Below are positions 23,001 through 34,210 of a DNA stretch of 64,000 bases, piece after piece. Position numbers and translations under genes: made by a program. A model generated the notes under the pieces. The model was not told the DNA's origin, made no database searches, and was given only the letters and a program-made list of their open reading frames with translations. This DNA is from Octopus sinensis (Eukaryota). The stretch is taken from contig NC_043005.1 in NCBI RefSeq assembly GCF_006345805.1, forward strand, positions 91,946,001 to 92,010,000. Reading direction: 5' to 3'. The stretch's first letter is position 1. Each line of letters opens with the position of its first letter.

Positions 23001-25733
23001 CAGAAGAAAACATATCAGCTGACAAACATGTAGCAGATTTGGCTTCTCCAAAATCAAAAGAGACAACATTTGGTTCAGAGGAGAACATATCAGCTGACAA
23101 ACATGTGGCAAACTTGGTTTTTCCAAAATCAAAAGAGACAGCATTTGATTCAGAGGAAAACATATCAGCTGACAAACATGTGGCAAATTTGGCTTCTCCA
23201 AAATCAAAAGAGACAACATTTGGTTCAGAAGAAAACATATCAGCTGACAAACATGTGGCAAATTTGGCTTCTCCAAAACCAAAAGAGACAACATTTGGTT
23301 CAGAAGAAAACATATCAGCTGACAAACATGTGGCAAATTTGGCTTCTCCAAAATCAAAAGAGACAACATTTGGATCAGAAGAAAACATATCAGCTGACAA
23401 ACATGTGGCAAATTTGGCTTCTCCAAAATCAAAAGAGACAACATTTGGTTCAGAGGAGAACATATCAGCTGACACACATGTGGCAAATTTGTTTTCTCTA
23501 AAATCCAAAAAGGCAGTTGGTTCAGAAGTAAGTGTATCTGCTGATAATGAAATATTACCAAAAACAACAGTTTTGCTTTCAAACAGAAAATTGGACAATA
23601 ATGAAGCAGTTTCATCCGACCATCCTGAAGAATTAGCACAGGACAAAGCTAAAAAAAGGATTGGCAGCAGACCAAAACAGGAGAACAGAGTTTCTGCTAG
23701 CCGCACACTACCTACTATTACTAGATATGTATCGAGTCTACAGAGTGAAAGAACTCCACCATCCATCAAAAGCCCTACAGAATTAGATAAACCAAGTAGT
23801 TCTTCACTTGATGTCCACTCTACAATGACCAGTGGTAAACTAGAGCTAAGTATTGATGATAAAAAAGAGAACAGTGATACAACTTTGGTCCTTAGTAAAC
23901 CTGAGGATGAAGCTGTTTACTGGATTGACAGAAAAGAGAATACATTTTCTCCAAACTGTAAAGCATCATTGAAGAAAAAGAAACCTGTAATTTCTCAGTC
24001 ATTTGAGGAAAAATTATCATCAGGGTTTGGATTACAACATAAACCTTTATCAGCTACTTCTATTTCATTTGGAAATGAAGTTTCTCAATCAAAGAATGAA
24101 TCTGAAGCAGTCAATCTTAACTCTGTGTCAGAAGATGCACTCTCCAGTAGTAAAGTAATACCAAGATTCAGTTCATGGATTGGTTTTAAGAAAAATGATT
24201 CTACCCCTGAATCAGTTGGAAGTGCTAGCATCAAGCATAACCAGAAACAATACTCCATGCCCATGAAGGAAGATAAAAAGTTAGATGTTAAGGATTTAGC
24301 ACAAACAAATAATACCATAAAACAATTTAATGATGTGGTTGGAGTAAATAGACCTTTACCTCCTGCGCCATCTATGACCACCGATGTTTCAGAGCCATTG
24401 CTAGATTGTTGGGTTGAAAGGAAGGAATCTTTTCTTTCTGATTCCAAAGCAAATTCTGGACATTGGATATATACACACACAAGACCACAGTTATTTGCTA
24501 AAAACGACAATAACATAGAAACTTCTGGGAGAAGTGAAAAGTCTAATGAATTTGTTAATTATGAATCTAGCTATGGGAATGAACCGGAAACTCCCAATAC
24601 AGCTGATTTTCCTATAAAGGAAAACAAACTTCAGCAAAAAAGTATTGAAGACACATATTTGAATAAAAAAGCGGCTTCTGAATACGGCCTTGACAGTGTA
24701 AATTCTAATGAGGATGTCTACCCTCTGGAGGAAGAAGGTATAAAATTAAAAGTTGAATTAGAATTTAATCAGGGTGTTAGCAGAACAGATACTCAGGCAC
24801 CTGAGGATCAATCTTTTACTTTTGTCAAGGAATACACTTCTGTTGAACCTAATAGTTCTCAGTCTGAAAAGTTCAGAAAACCATCTCAATCAGATAGCAA
24901 TAACAAAGACTTGTCCAAAATGCCTGAGTCTGGAGTATATTTTGTTGAAATGAATTCTGATGATGGTGAAGAATCAAATATCTCTGGTTATCCTGTTGAA
25001 TACAATAATGGCATTATATCATATTCATCATATCCCAAGCAACAAAATCTGTCATCAGAGCCTTATGCAGAATCAGACCCTTCTAAACAGTCAAGTTCTG
25101 ATCATTATGAGCCACAAAAACCTACAATGAAATTGAGACAGTCTCAGAAAAATTATTCACCTCATTTCACTGAAAGTGTAAACGAAACTGAAATTGATTC
25201 ACACTTTGAGAATAATTCGGAAGCAGACATGCTATCCAAATGGAATGATACTAATAGTCCTGTCAAAGCAAAATCTATTACATCAGATTTTTCTCCTAGA
25301 GAAAGAAATTATCAAGACACCCCATCGTTTTCAGAATCTTGCTCATCTCGAAGTCATCCTGTTAGAGAAATGTCTCCAATTGCAAATCTCCGTGATATGG
25401 TTCTCAATGATGAAAAACTTGCATATCAACAATTCCTAAATAAGCCTTCTGGAAACTACAAAAACTTAAAACAATCTCCTGAAAATCAATATTCATCAAA
25501 AGCACTGAATTATCGTTTGTATGAGGATGACAATATCTTTAAACCCACAGAATTAAGTGATGCTTTTGAATATACTTCGTCTACTTCGGAAATGTTACCA
25601 AATCCTGCTGCACCCAACCGGAACAAAACAAAATATAACACTCAACCATCACATAAATTTGTTCAGTCAGATTTAACAGATTCCTCTCAACAGTATGTAA
25701 ACACTGATTCATCTGATTTTGTTGTGGACTCAG
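17064..25733 (+). CDS. SYTL4/5-like: Synaptotagmin-like protein, giant internal exon (8,670 nt, 2,890 codons, phase 1/phase 1), low-complexity and repeat-rich
   Basis: Acceptor ttttactccttgcag| at 17063; the frame is open from 17066 through ORF 17192-25747. Donor CAG|GTAGAC after 25733 leaves one base (G), which joins the next exon's GG in frame. Attachment to the C2 exons is inferred from phase compatibility and the absence of an intervening gene. Confidence 0.75.
17732..19465 (+). repeat. Coding tandem repeat, 681-bp (227-aa) unit, about 2.5 near-identical copies plus an older diverged copy at ~17250-17730
   Basis: ctacatgatactga recurs at 17732, 18413 and 19094 (period 681). By eye, about 4 differences between copies 1 and 2 and about 6 in the partial third copy. 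Confidence 0.95.
21290..23550 (+). repeat. Coding minisatellite, 75-bp (25-aa) unit SKETTFGSEENISADKHVANLASPK, 27 recognisable units plus 3-4 degenerate ones
   Basis: catatcagctgac recurs at 23161 and 23236 (period 75). Units counted in the ORF translation. Confidence 0.95.
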
Positions 25734-26255
25734 GTAGACATCTTTGATATCCTCTCATAAACTCATATCAACAATACTGACAGCCTTCCTTTTAATTTGT
25801 TTTTCCTACTTTCTTCGTAAAGTGAAGAACTCTCTTTTATTATATCAACTAACCACTGTATCAGTATCTATTATTTGGGCAATAAAGTGAATTTATACCA
25901 TTTATTCAATTTTCTCAGCTAACATGAACTTGTGCACCTCTATTTTTATATTTTATACTTTGTATTGTCCTGTGCACCTCTATTCTTAACATTTTGAATT
26001 TCTGTTGGTTATATATTGCTCAGAATTATCCCCACTTTTAAATAAAATTACTTTGATATTTATTTTAAACCTTCTGTTATGCTTGTAGAGCTTTGATGGA
26101 ATTATCTCAATAAACTGGTAAAATTTTCCGACTTCTATTAATACATCCAAAACTAGTGAATACTAATTTTGTTTTTGTCCATCTTCCTCATGTTGATGCA
26201 AATTATTTAAAGTATATTTTCTAACAATTCTAATCGTTTGTATTATCCTTTTAAA

Positions 26256-26620
26256 GTGCAGGCATGGTTGCAATGTTAAGAAGCCCCCTTTGCAACCATG
26301 TGGTTTTGTGTTCAGTCCTACTGAGTGACACCTTTGGCAAGTGTCTTCTACTATAGCTTGGACTGACCAATGCCTTGTGAGTGAAATTTGGTAGGCAGAA
26401 ACTATAAGGAAGCCCATCATGTGTGTGCATATATATACACGTGTGTGTGTGTGTGTGTCTTTGTGTTTGTGCTTGTAGCCACCAAAAGAGATAGAATAAG
26501 TAGGTAAAAGAAACTGATAGAATAAGTATCAGATTTAAAAATAAATACTAGGGTCAATTTGTTTAACTAAACCCTTCAAGGTATTGCCACAGCATAGCAC
26601 TGAAACAAGTAAAAGATAAA
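26256..26620 (+). mobile_element. tRNA-type SINE family B (central TG/TA tract), degenerate
   Basis: Head ...GGTTTTGTGTTCAGTCCTACTG..GGCAAGTGTCTTCTACTATAGC, tail CTGAAACAAGTAAAAGATAAAAG. Related copies at 38720-39150(+), 42510-42852(+), 44657-45050(-), 55274-55702(+) and 59881-60273(-). Confidence 0.8.
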
Positions 26621-28034
26621 AGTTAAAAAAAAGAAAACTAATCATGTCTATTGATAATGTGACCAAAGGAATTTGGATTATGTTATGAGCAATGTATTAT
26701 TTAAAAAATAATTATTGTTTAGTTAAAGACTGAAGATCAGCAATAATGACATTTTAAGGCCCTCGTGGATAAGTATGATTGATGTGACTGTATTCAGTTT
26801 AACCTTCTGAAAGTTGGTGTCCTCAAGAAAATTATTGGTAGTGTGAAATTTCCAAAGAGCTGCACCTTTTGAAACTATCAAATGTGGATTTTGGTGGGTG
26901 AGAGACAGGAGGGATAACAAAGAAAGGGAAGCGATATCAAGTCAACTTAGGTGGGTGGGTTTCATAGCCCTTTTTCAGGATAGTAGAAGACACTTGCTCA
27001 AGAAATGAGGAAGATATAGTAAAAGTAATAGAAGAGAAGAAACAGTGTTTGGTAAAGGCTCCATTACCAATACTCTAGAATCAGCTGTTTACCGTTTTTT
27101 TTCATTTTTTAAATCCAATGGCAGTTGAATCCTAAATTATATCACAAGCATTTTCTGTTTGTCATGGTCTGCTATAGAAACCTGACCCTGTACTAATTAG
27201 TTGCTGACACATTGCTGCTACTTGGAATTTTAGTCTCATTTATTCTCCACGGATAGAATTGAAGACATTTTCAGAAAGACTCATTTACTTAGCTTGAAGT
27301 TATCAAGTATATGATACAGGGGGATCACATTGTTTTCTGTAGAGATTCCTTAAGGAATAAAGCATTGGTAAATAATTGACATTAGGAGAGAGGGAGAGAG
27401 AGATGGCTTAGTCTGTTCATCATCTGAAATTTTATTTACTATCTATTAATGTCATATATCAATAACAGTGACAGTATTAGGTTTATCCTATCAAATTAGT
27501 TGTTCATATTTTAATATGTTTAGCACTCACAAGGAAATTTACCTCTCCTGCTTCAGTTATGCAAAAATAACTATTTTTGCATAAAATTATTATTGTCATC
27601 AGAATCTATAGTGATATTGTATTCTTAACCTCCATTCTTGTACGTTAGTATGAATTTGACACATCTGTAATACGGTACCAATTCGTTTGTATTGATTCTG
27701 TGTCAATTCTTATGTGAGGCACATTGTTCTCTGATGCTATCTTACTTCTTCCTTCCAAGTTATTCTTGGTCTCTCTCAACCACAGTGCACTTTACTCTCA
27801 ATAAATGGCTCTTTTTCACCCAGCATGTATCATCTACTCACATTACATGTTCTTACCAGTAAAGATGTCTCTCCTGCATAATCTGGCCAAGCAACATAAG
27901 TTAAGTATGCCCTAAAGTTATCTGTGTGTTCTAAATTAATAATTTTAAAAATGACTATAACCGGTGGGATTTACAGAATGCTTAGGGGATTTGTTTTGGA
28001 GGAGGTGGTAACCTTAATTCAGAAGTATAACTTT

Positions 28035-28071
<37 letters not shown>

Positions 28072-28464
28072 TTTCATGGAAAGTAAAACTTTTATAAGTA
28101 TTTATTTTTAGCTAAAAACGCTTTATATTAATAACCATATTTTAGGCTAATATTAATTATAATTTAAAATAAAAAGTATTTTTCTTTTTAATCATACTTT
28201 ATAAAATCTGCAAGTTCAAAATAATTGCATAGATTAATCTAACACTTTCTTTTTTATAGTTGGTCACTTGCATTAACATCAAACACTCATGTGTTGGTCT
28301 GAGGCAAATTGAATGATGCATGTGACCTAAGAATACATTACAATCCATTTCAAGGTTTAGACGTATCACTTTCTAGCCAATAGATTACCATTTTGACTCA
28401 CTCATTTGTTCACTCATAGCACTTTGTTGATCATTTCCTACTTGTCATATTTTTAATCACAAAT

Positions 28465-28597
28465 GAGATACCCAAAGAACAGGATATCTGACTCACTAGA
28501 AAGAGCAGTTAAACTCCAAGCCACTAATTGGAGTTTAACAGCTTGGAGTTTAACTGCTCTTTCTAGTGAGTTAGATATCCTATTCTTCGGGTATCTC
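28465..28597. repeat. Near-perfect inverted repeat: 57-bp arms, 19-nt loop
   Basis: gagatacccaaagaac...aaactccaagc / gcttggagttt...gggtatctc; 3 non-Watson-Crick positions. Confidence 0.95.
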
Positions 28598-29074
28598 TTT
28601 TGTGTTTGAACGTACACTGTATTCTTCTTTGAATAACATATAGTCTATTGACTAATTTTTTCCTTCTTGCTAGACCACTGGTAACTAAGAATTTTTTCAA
28701 AAAATATTCTTGCTACCCTAAGATTTTAATTAATGATAAAATGTCATATTTTTAAAGTAATTTCATTCGGCAATGATACAATTTTTATAGTTTGCTTTGG
28801 AGTTTCTCTTTCTCTTTTTTTTTTTGCTCATCAATGTTTCTGGTTTATTAAAAAGGGTTTTATCACCTGTGAAAGTAATTGTTCTGGAAAGACCATCAAG
28901 TCATATTTGGTAATTAACCTCAGTGTTTTGCTATTGAGTTTCCTTCAGAGTTCAATCTATCCCACAAGAGGAATTGGCCTCAGTCAATTGATAATAAGAT
29001 GAAGAAAATGCCACAATAAAAGATGCCTTGGCCCCATTATAAAAGATTAATTTATGTGAGGGAAATGTGGAGGT

Positions 29075-29395
29075 TAATATTTGTAAATGGACAATTTCTC
29101 AGCAGGACAGTGTGTGTAGACATCTGTAACGGGACAATGGACGTTGACATTTGTAGAGAGACATTGAATTTTGATGTTTGTAAGGGACAGTGAATATTGA
29201 CATTCTTAAGGGGTAGCAAATGTTGACATTTGTAAGGGGAAGTGTTGATATTCATGTTGATACATGCAAGGAGACAGTGTTGACACTCCTATGAAGATAG
29301 TGGAAGTTGATACCTATAAGGGGTTAGTGAAGGTTGAGACATGCAAGAGTTAAGTGAAGGTTGAAATTTGCAAAGGATTTATGAAGATTGACCCT
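29075..29395. repeat. Degenerate minisatellite (~20-27-bp unit, gacatttgtaagggacagtgtt / gttagtgaaggttga)
   Basis: Recurring TTGACATTTGTAAGGG-like and GTGAAGGTTGA-like motifs. Confidence 0.6.
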
Positions 29396-30569
29396 TTTCT
29401 ACGTATATTATAAAGTTATGATTGAAATAATTGAAGAATCACAACAAAAAAAAATTTTAAAAAACTCCTTGGTTTCAACTTCCTGAGTCATAATTTGATG
29501 CAGTGTTGTGTTGCATTTAATGGTGAAGTACTAAACATGTACTCAGTACACTTGTGTATCAGAGTAGATGTTGGTGCTGAGTCAAGTAGAAACCAACAAG
29601 TTGTTTATCTATGGTGCTGAGACCAAATCTTCTGATATGGAATAAAAGAAATATTGATTTAGTATATTGGTACAATGTCAGAAGTTTGTGGGAGAGTCAA
29701 TTGAATGGGTCCCAGTACATGCCTTGGAAACATTTTATTGATTCTGAAAGTATAAAAGCAAAATCAAAGTAGAGTAAGATTTGAACTCAAATGCAGAGGA
29801 ATGAAATCAGATGCCTTAAGTCTTATGTTGTGCCAGCTCTGCTGTTCCACTACCTTTTTAATAGCGGAAAATTTTAGAAGTAAAAAAAATATGAATGAAT
29901 AAAAAAAGGGTTTATTGTTTGTACTGTGGGTTACCAAAATGTCTGTTGATGAAACGTTTTTCTTTAAGTTTGTGTAATATGTTTTGTTCTTTATTTTCTT
30001 CAGACCCAAAAGTAAAAGCATAAGAAACATGTAAAAATTTCTGTCAGTTATATACTTACTATAAACACAAAATCTTATTTAAATTAATTTGCATTTTTTT
30101 TTTCATTTATTTTTGCATTTGTTTCTTTTTTATTTTCCATGCTTGAATGAATCTTTGAAAATTTGTTTATGAATTGTTGGAATTTCGCTTTTTTCACCCT
30201 TTTTAACAACTGGATGTCCAGTCAGGTAATTAAAAGCAAGCAAACATAATGTCTGTTTGCACAGTAGTTCAGTTGATTAAGTTCACAGCCATTGGGAGTT
30301 GACCAAATGTTTCTAGAAAGAGCAATAAGCCAAAGAAACGAAGCCAGAAAGGAAACATACAGGTGAGACAATAAAAAAAATACTTATTGGATCAGACCTC
30401 ATATAACTCATTCCAACATGGAAAAGCCAGTGTAAAAGAACAGTGATGATTATGATTTGATTAATATAACAAAAGAAGAAGCTAATTGCATAACTAATTC
30501 ATTACTTTGCTTACAATTGATTTCTGTTATTTAGAATTTATTTCACCTTTAATTTGTTTGTATTTTTAG

Positions 30570-30766
30570 GGAAGAAACAAAAGCATGCATCTCAAGCAAG
30601 CAGTGAGGATGCCCGATCTGAAATCAGCAATCAGAGCTATATGTATGATCAACAAAGTGACAGCAGTTCAGTTCACACCACACCAGACCACCGAACCAAT
30701 GGAAGCAAGCGTAGATTAGACATAGACCCATCTTTACCATCAATCACAATATCAGAAGCTGAAGGG
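30570..30766 (+). CDS. SYTL4/5-like: Slp exon (Ser-rich linker, GKKQKHASQ...ITISEAEG), phase 1 to 0
   Basis: tttgtatttttag| acceptor and |gtgagt donor; open frame within ORF 30554-30787. Confidence 0.8.
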
Positions 30767-30906
30767 GTGAGTTTTTGCTTTGATTGATTTACTTCTGTAA
30801 GGTTTCTGGTGGTGGGAGAGATATTGTAAGCACTAAAGTTGGGATTGGCTGTAAAACAGGATATGGAGTGTAAGGTGACATAGATTGGAACTGGTAGATC
30901 AGACCA

Positions 30907-31170
30907 TCATCATCATCATCATTTAACGTCCGCTTTCCATGCTGTCATGGATTGGACGATTTGACTGAGGTCTGGCGAACCAGAAGGCTGCACCAGACTC
31001 CAGTCTTGATCTGGCAGAGTATCTACAGCTGGATGCCCTTCCTAACGCCAACCACTCCAAGAGTTTAGTGGGTGTTTTTATGTGCCACCAGCATGAAGGC
31101 TAGTCAGGCGATACTGGCAATGGCCATGCTCAAATGGTGCTTTAATGTGCCACCTGCACAGGAGCCAGTC
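30907..31170 (-). mobile_element. Family C element (CAT-repeat end on + strand)
   Basis: catcatcatcatttaacgtccgctttccatg...gatgcccttcctaacgccaaccactcc. Confidence 0.8.
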
Positions 31171-33700
31171 CTGTGAACAGTGAAAGAGATTTGATACTAG
31201 AGGAACTTTGAAGCAAACACTGAATGAGGATGATGTTTGAAGGCATTGAAACAGGATGACAATGAAAGAAGAAATTAAAAGGAATTTATACTGAGTTTGT
31301 ATTTTAAGGAAGGCTGCTTTTGATTTCTTATGTTGGTCCAAGGGGAGGGTTTCAATAATTTAAAACTAGTATACTTCTGTTATCGATGCTTGGGGGATGA
31401 GAAGCAAAAGCAATCCCTCTAGGATTTGAACTCATATGTAAAGTGATGTAACTGGACATTAAAATTGCATTTACTCCAATACATTACTGATTCAATGTAT
31501 TGAGGTACATTTAATTTAAAAGCTGTTATTGATATTATTAAAGTTTATAATTGGAAAAGGTTAGTCTTAAGCAATAAGACTGCTGATAGCACAAGCCAAA
31601 ACTGGAGTTCTTATATGGTCACTGAACCTACAAGAAATGGCAATCAAATCTCTCAGACCATACTCTGTCTTAAAATAAGGCAGGTGATATGGAATAATGA
31701 AATCTTAGCTATACTTTGATTGGAAATAAGGCAAGATAGTTATGACTAGATTGTCTTAGACCAATAGATCAGCTCAAGTGAGGCTGACTTGGGAGTCAAT
31801 GACAATAATTTTTTGGACATGAGTGAGTTCTTGAGATTCTTGTTAGAAAGAACTTACATTTAATCCCATAACAGGAAGCTGTTGAACCAGTCTCTAGCTT
31901 AACATGCTAGAAACAGTAGTTAGGAATCTTCCTAAAATCATACTCTACTATCTTGGAAAAGATGGAGATCTCTCAGATTGCTTAATCTAATATAATCCTA
32001 AACACCTCTGAAAAGACAGAATGAGAATGTATTTGAACATCGGTTTGTTCAAAGAATACTCTCTTAGAAAAGATCAGGATATCTAGGATTATAACATAAT
32101 GGAATCTTAGACATTAAAAGAGATGATGGTTGGAAAGTTTTTGATGATCAGTTTGCTCAATCAGCACTGACTGACAGTTCATCAACAACACCACATATAA
32201 CGAGTTGAGTTCAATTACACTTTCTGATGAAGTGCTGTAAGTATAATGTTTTCTTCACAATAATATGATTAAGTACAACTGACATGACTCGTTTCTTCTA
32301 AGACACCTACTCACATTGCAAGTCACAATTGAACTGTGTCTAATGACATGATACAATTGTGTGCTATTAACTCACTGCATAAATAATTGAAGTGTTGTAA
32401 AAATTAATTAATGCATTAAAGTACTTTAACTTTTGCACTAATATTCTTCTCTTGGGTTCTCAGTCTTTTTTAATTTGTGATGCTCTGGAGATCGAATAAA
32501 AATAATTACTCTTTTTTAAAAATTTTTTTTAAAGAATTGCTTTAAAGTTTAAAATAATGTTAGAAAAATGTAGAAATCTGTTGCTTACCTTGTTTTATTA
32601 ATCATACTTGTGTGTAAATTAAAACAAAATTTTCAGGACACTCCAGTATTAATATAAATTTTCTGAGGCCTTAAATAATATTTTTAGAGGTCCATAGCAC
32701 CCCTCGATACCTCTTGCAATGTACCATTTCAGAGCCACTGCTTTAATTGGAGTCTAATGCTATCTAGCCTACAAATACTTTACTCAGTCATTTGTGATGT
32801 GTGTGAGTATGTGTGTTTGAGTGGATGCATGCATGTGTGTGGACTAGTGGATGCATGTGTGTGTGTAAATAAAATAAAGGGTAAATTACCTGAATATGAA
32901 GCATGTATTTCAGAAATTGTCAGTCACTTGATTTCAAGTGAGACGTGTGTTTAACTTGATGTTTTCTTTCAGGATTATGATTTAAAGTGTAAACAGTGTT
33001 TTAAATTGTTTATTGATGATAAGTCTGAGAATGTAAAATGGTTGAAGAGACATATTTCAAGTAAATGTATCTCACTCGGAGTTGTACTTCTCTAGCAAGT
33101 GACTTGATCTGAGACCTCATGTTGAAAACTGAAACAATTACATGATGGAAGAGCCATTTTGACCATTTAAAACACACAAAAACTGTTAAATTCACTTTTA
33201 ATTTATTTCATTTTTAATTGATTTCATGTAGTGTTGAAGTTTCCATTGCATAACGGCAACCTGGAGCTTAGTCAGTGACTAGCTCACAGCTGTGTGATGA
33301 AAATATTGACATCTCATCACTGGCTTGGGAATGAAATTTGCTTAGGGGGTGCAAACCCAAGTCCAAAAATATTTACAAAAAAGGTCTTTTTTTTTGTTAT
33401 TTTTGTGTTTTGTTCTTTGACAAGGAACCTAACTTCAAGCTACTTTTTACACATCGCTTTTTATTTACTGTTTTCTAAACCCGAGGAAAATAAGTAGGGC
33501 TGCAAAACTTCTAGGGGGTGCACTTGCACCACCTGTTCCTGGGCACATGCATCTCATGAAATAAATGAAAGGTGAATTCAAGAGTTTGTCTGTATCTTTA
33601 AATGGCTCTTCCATGATGAAATTGTTAATGAAACTAGTAGTAGCGGTAACCAACTGGTAGACCTGTTTCTTTATTGTGGAATTTTTCTTTCTGGCCTCAG

Positions 33701-33817
33701 TTAGCGTCGACTCATGGCGAAAGTGATGGGGAAAACCACGATTTTCTTATGAAAGGCAGCCAATCTATACGCAGTGGACAAAGCATGTCTTCCAGTCTTG
33801 GCTTGACATCATCGATG
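33701..33817 (+). CDS. SYTL4/5-like: Slp exon (LASTHGESD...SSSLGLTSSM), 117 nt, phase 0 to 0
   Basis: ttctttctggcctcag| acceptor and ATG|gtaaga donor; 39 codons. Confidence 0.85.
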
Positions 33818-33987
33818 GTAAGAGAAACGGTTGATCTCCCTCCTTTACACCCGAAGCACAAATAAGCCTCCACATGAGCTGATTGGCTACAGTGACATAC
33901 AAACAAAACAAAACAAACACAAAATTACTTTCTGGAGAAGAGATAGCTGGCAATTTCCTGCTTTTCTCTGTTTTGCTTGCTCCTGTC

Positions 33988-34210
33988 TACTCACATCATC
34001 TTTAGCTTATAGTCACCTTTTGGCAAAAAAAAAAACCCTCAAAAAAACCTTGTTTGTTCACATCACCTTCAGCCTATTTATAACCACTTTTTTCTGGCAA
34101 AAAAAAAAAAATCATCTTGTTCTCTCACATCACCTTCAACCTACTTATAACCATCTTTTGGTAAAAAAAATAATCTTGTTTGCTCACATCACCTTCAGCC
34201 TACCTAGAGT
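33988..34210. repeat. Degenerate tandem repeat, ~60-bp unit x4
   Basis: cacatcaccttcagcct..ttataacca..ttttggcaaaaaaaaa..atcttgtt recurs four times. Confidence 0.75.

Noticed and set aside
21290-23550. Array considered as CRISPR-like (also the 58-bp units at 37998-38187)
   Set aside because: No unique spacers; the units are contiguous and in frame (or internal to a SINE); eukaryotic context with no cas genes.
21343-23769. Long antisense and alternate-frame ORFs (524, 339, 281, 176, 143 and 136 aa) over the 75-bp array
   Set aside because: The repeat unit lacks stops in these frames, so the ORFs are shadows of the coding repeat. They end where the array ends and have no splice or start context.
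31590-32190. Two or three degenerate partial copies of an old repeat (gctagaaa.ag.ag..aaatct...)
   Set aside because: Too decayed to define boundaries or class; probably an ordinary old interspersed repeat.
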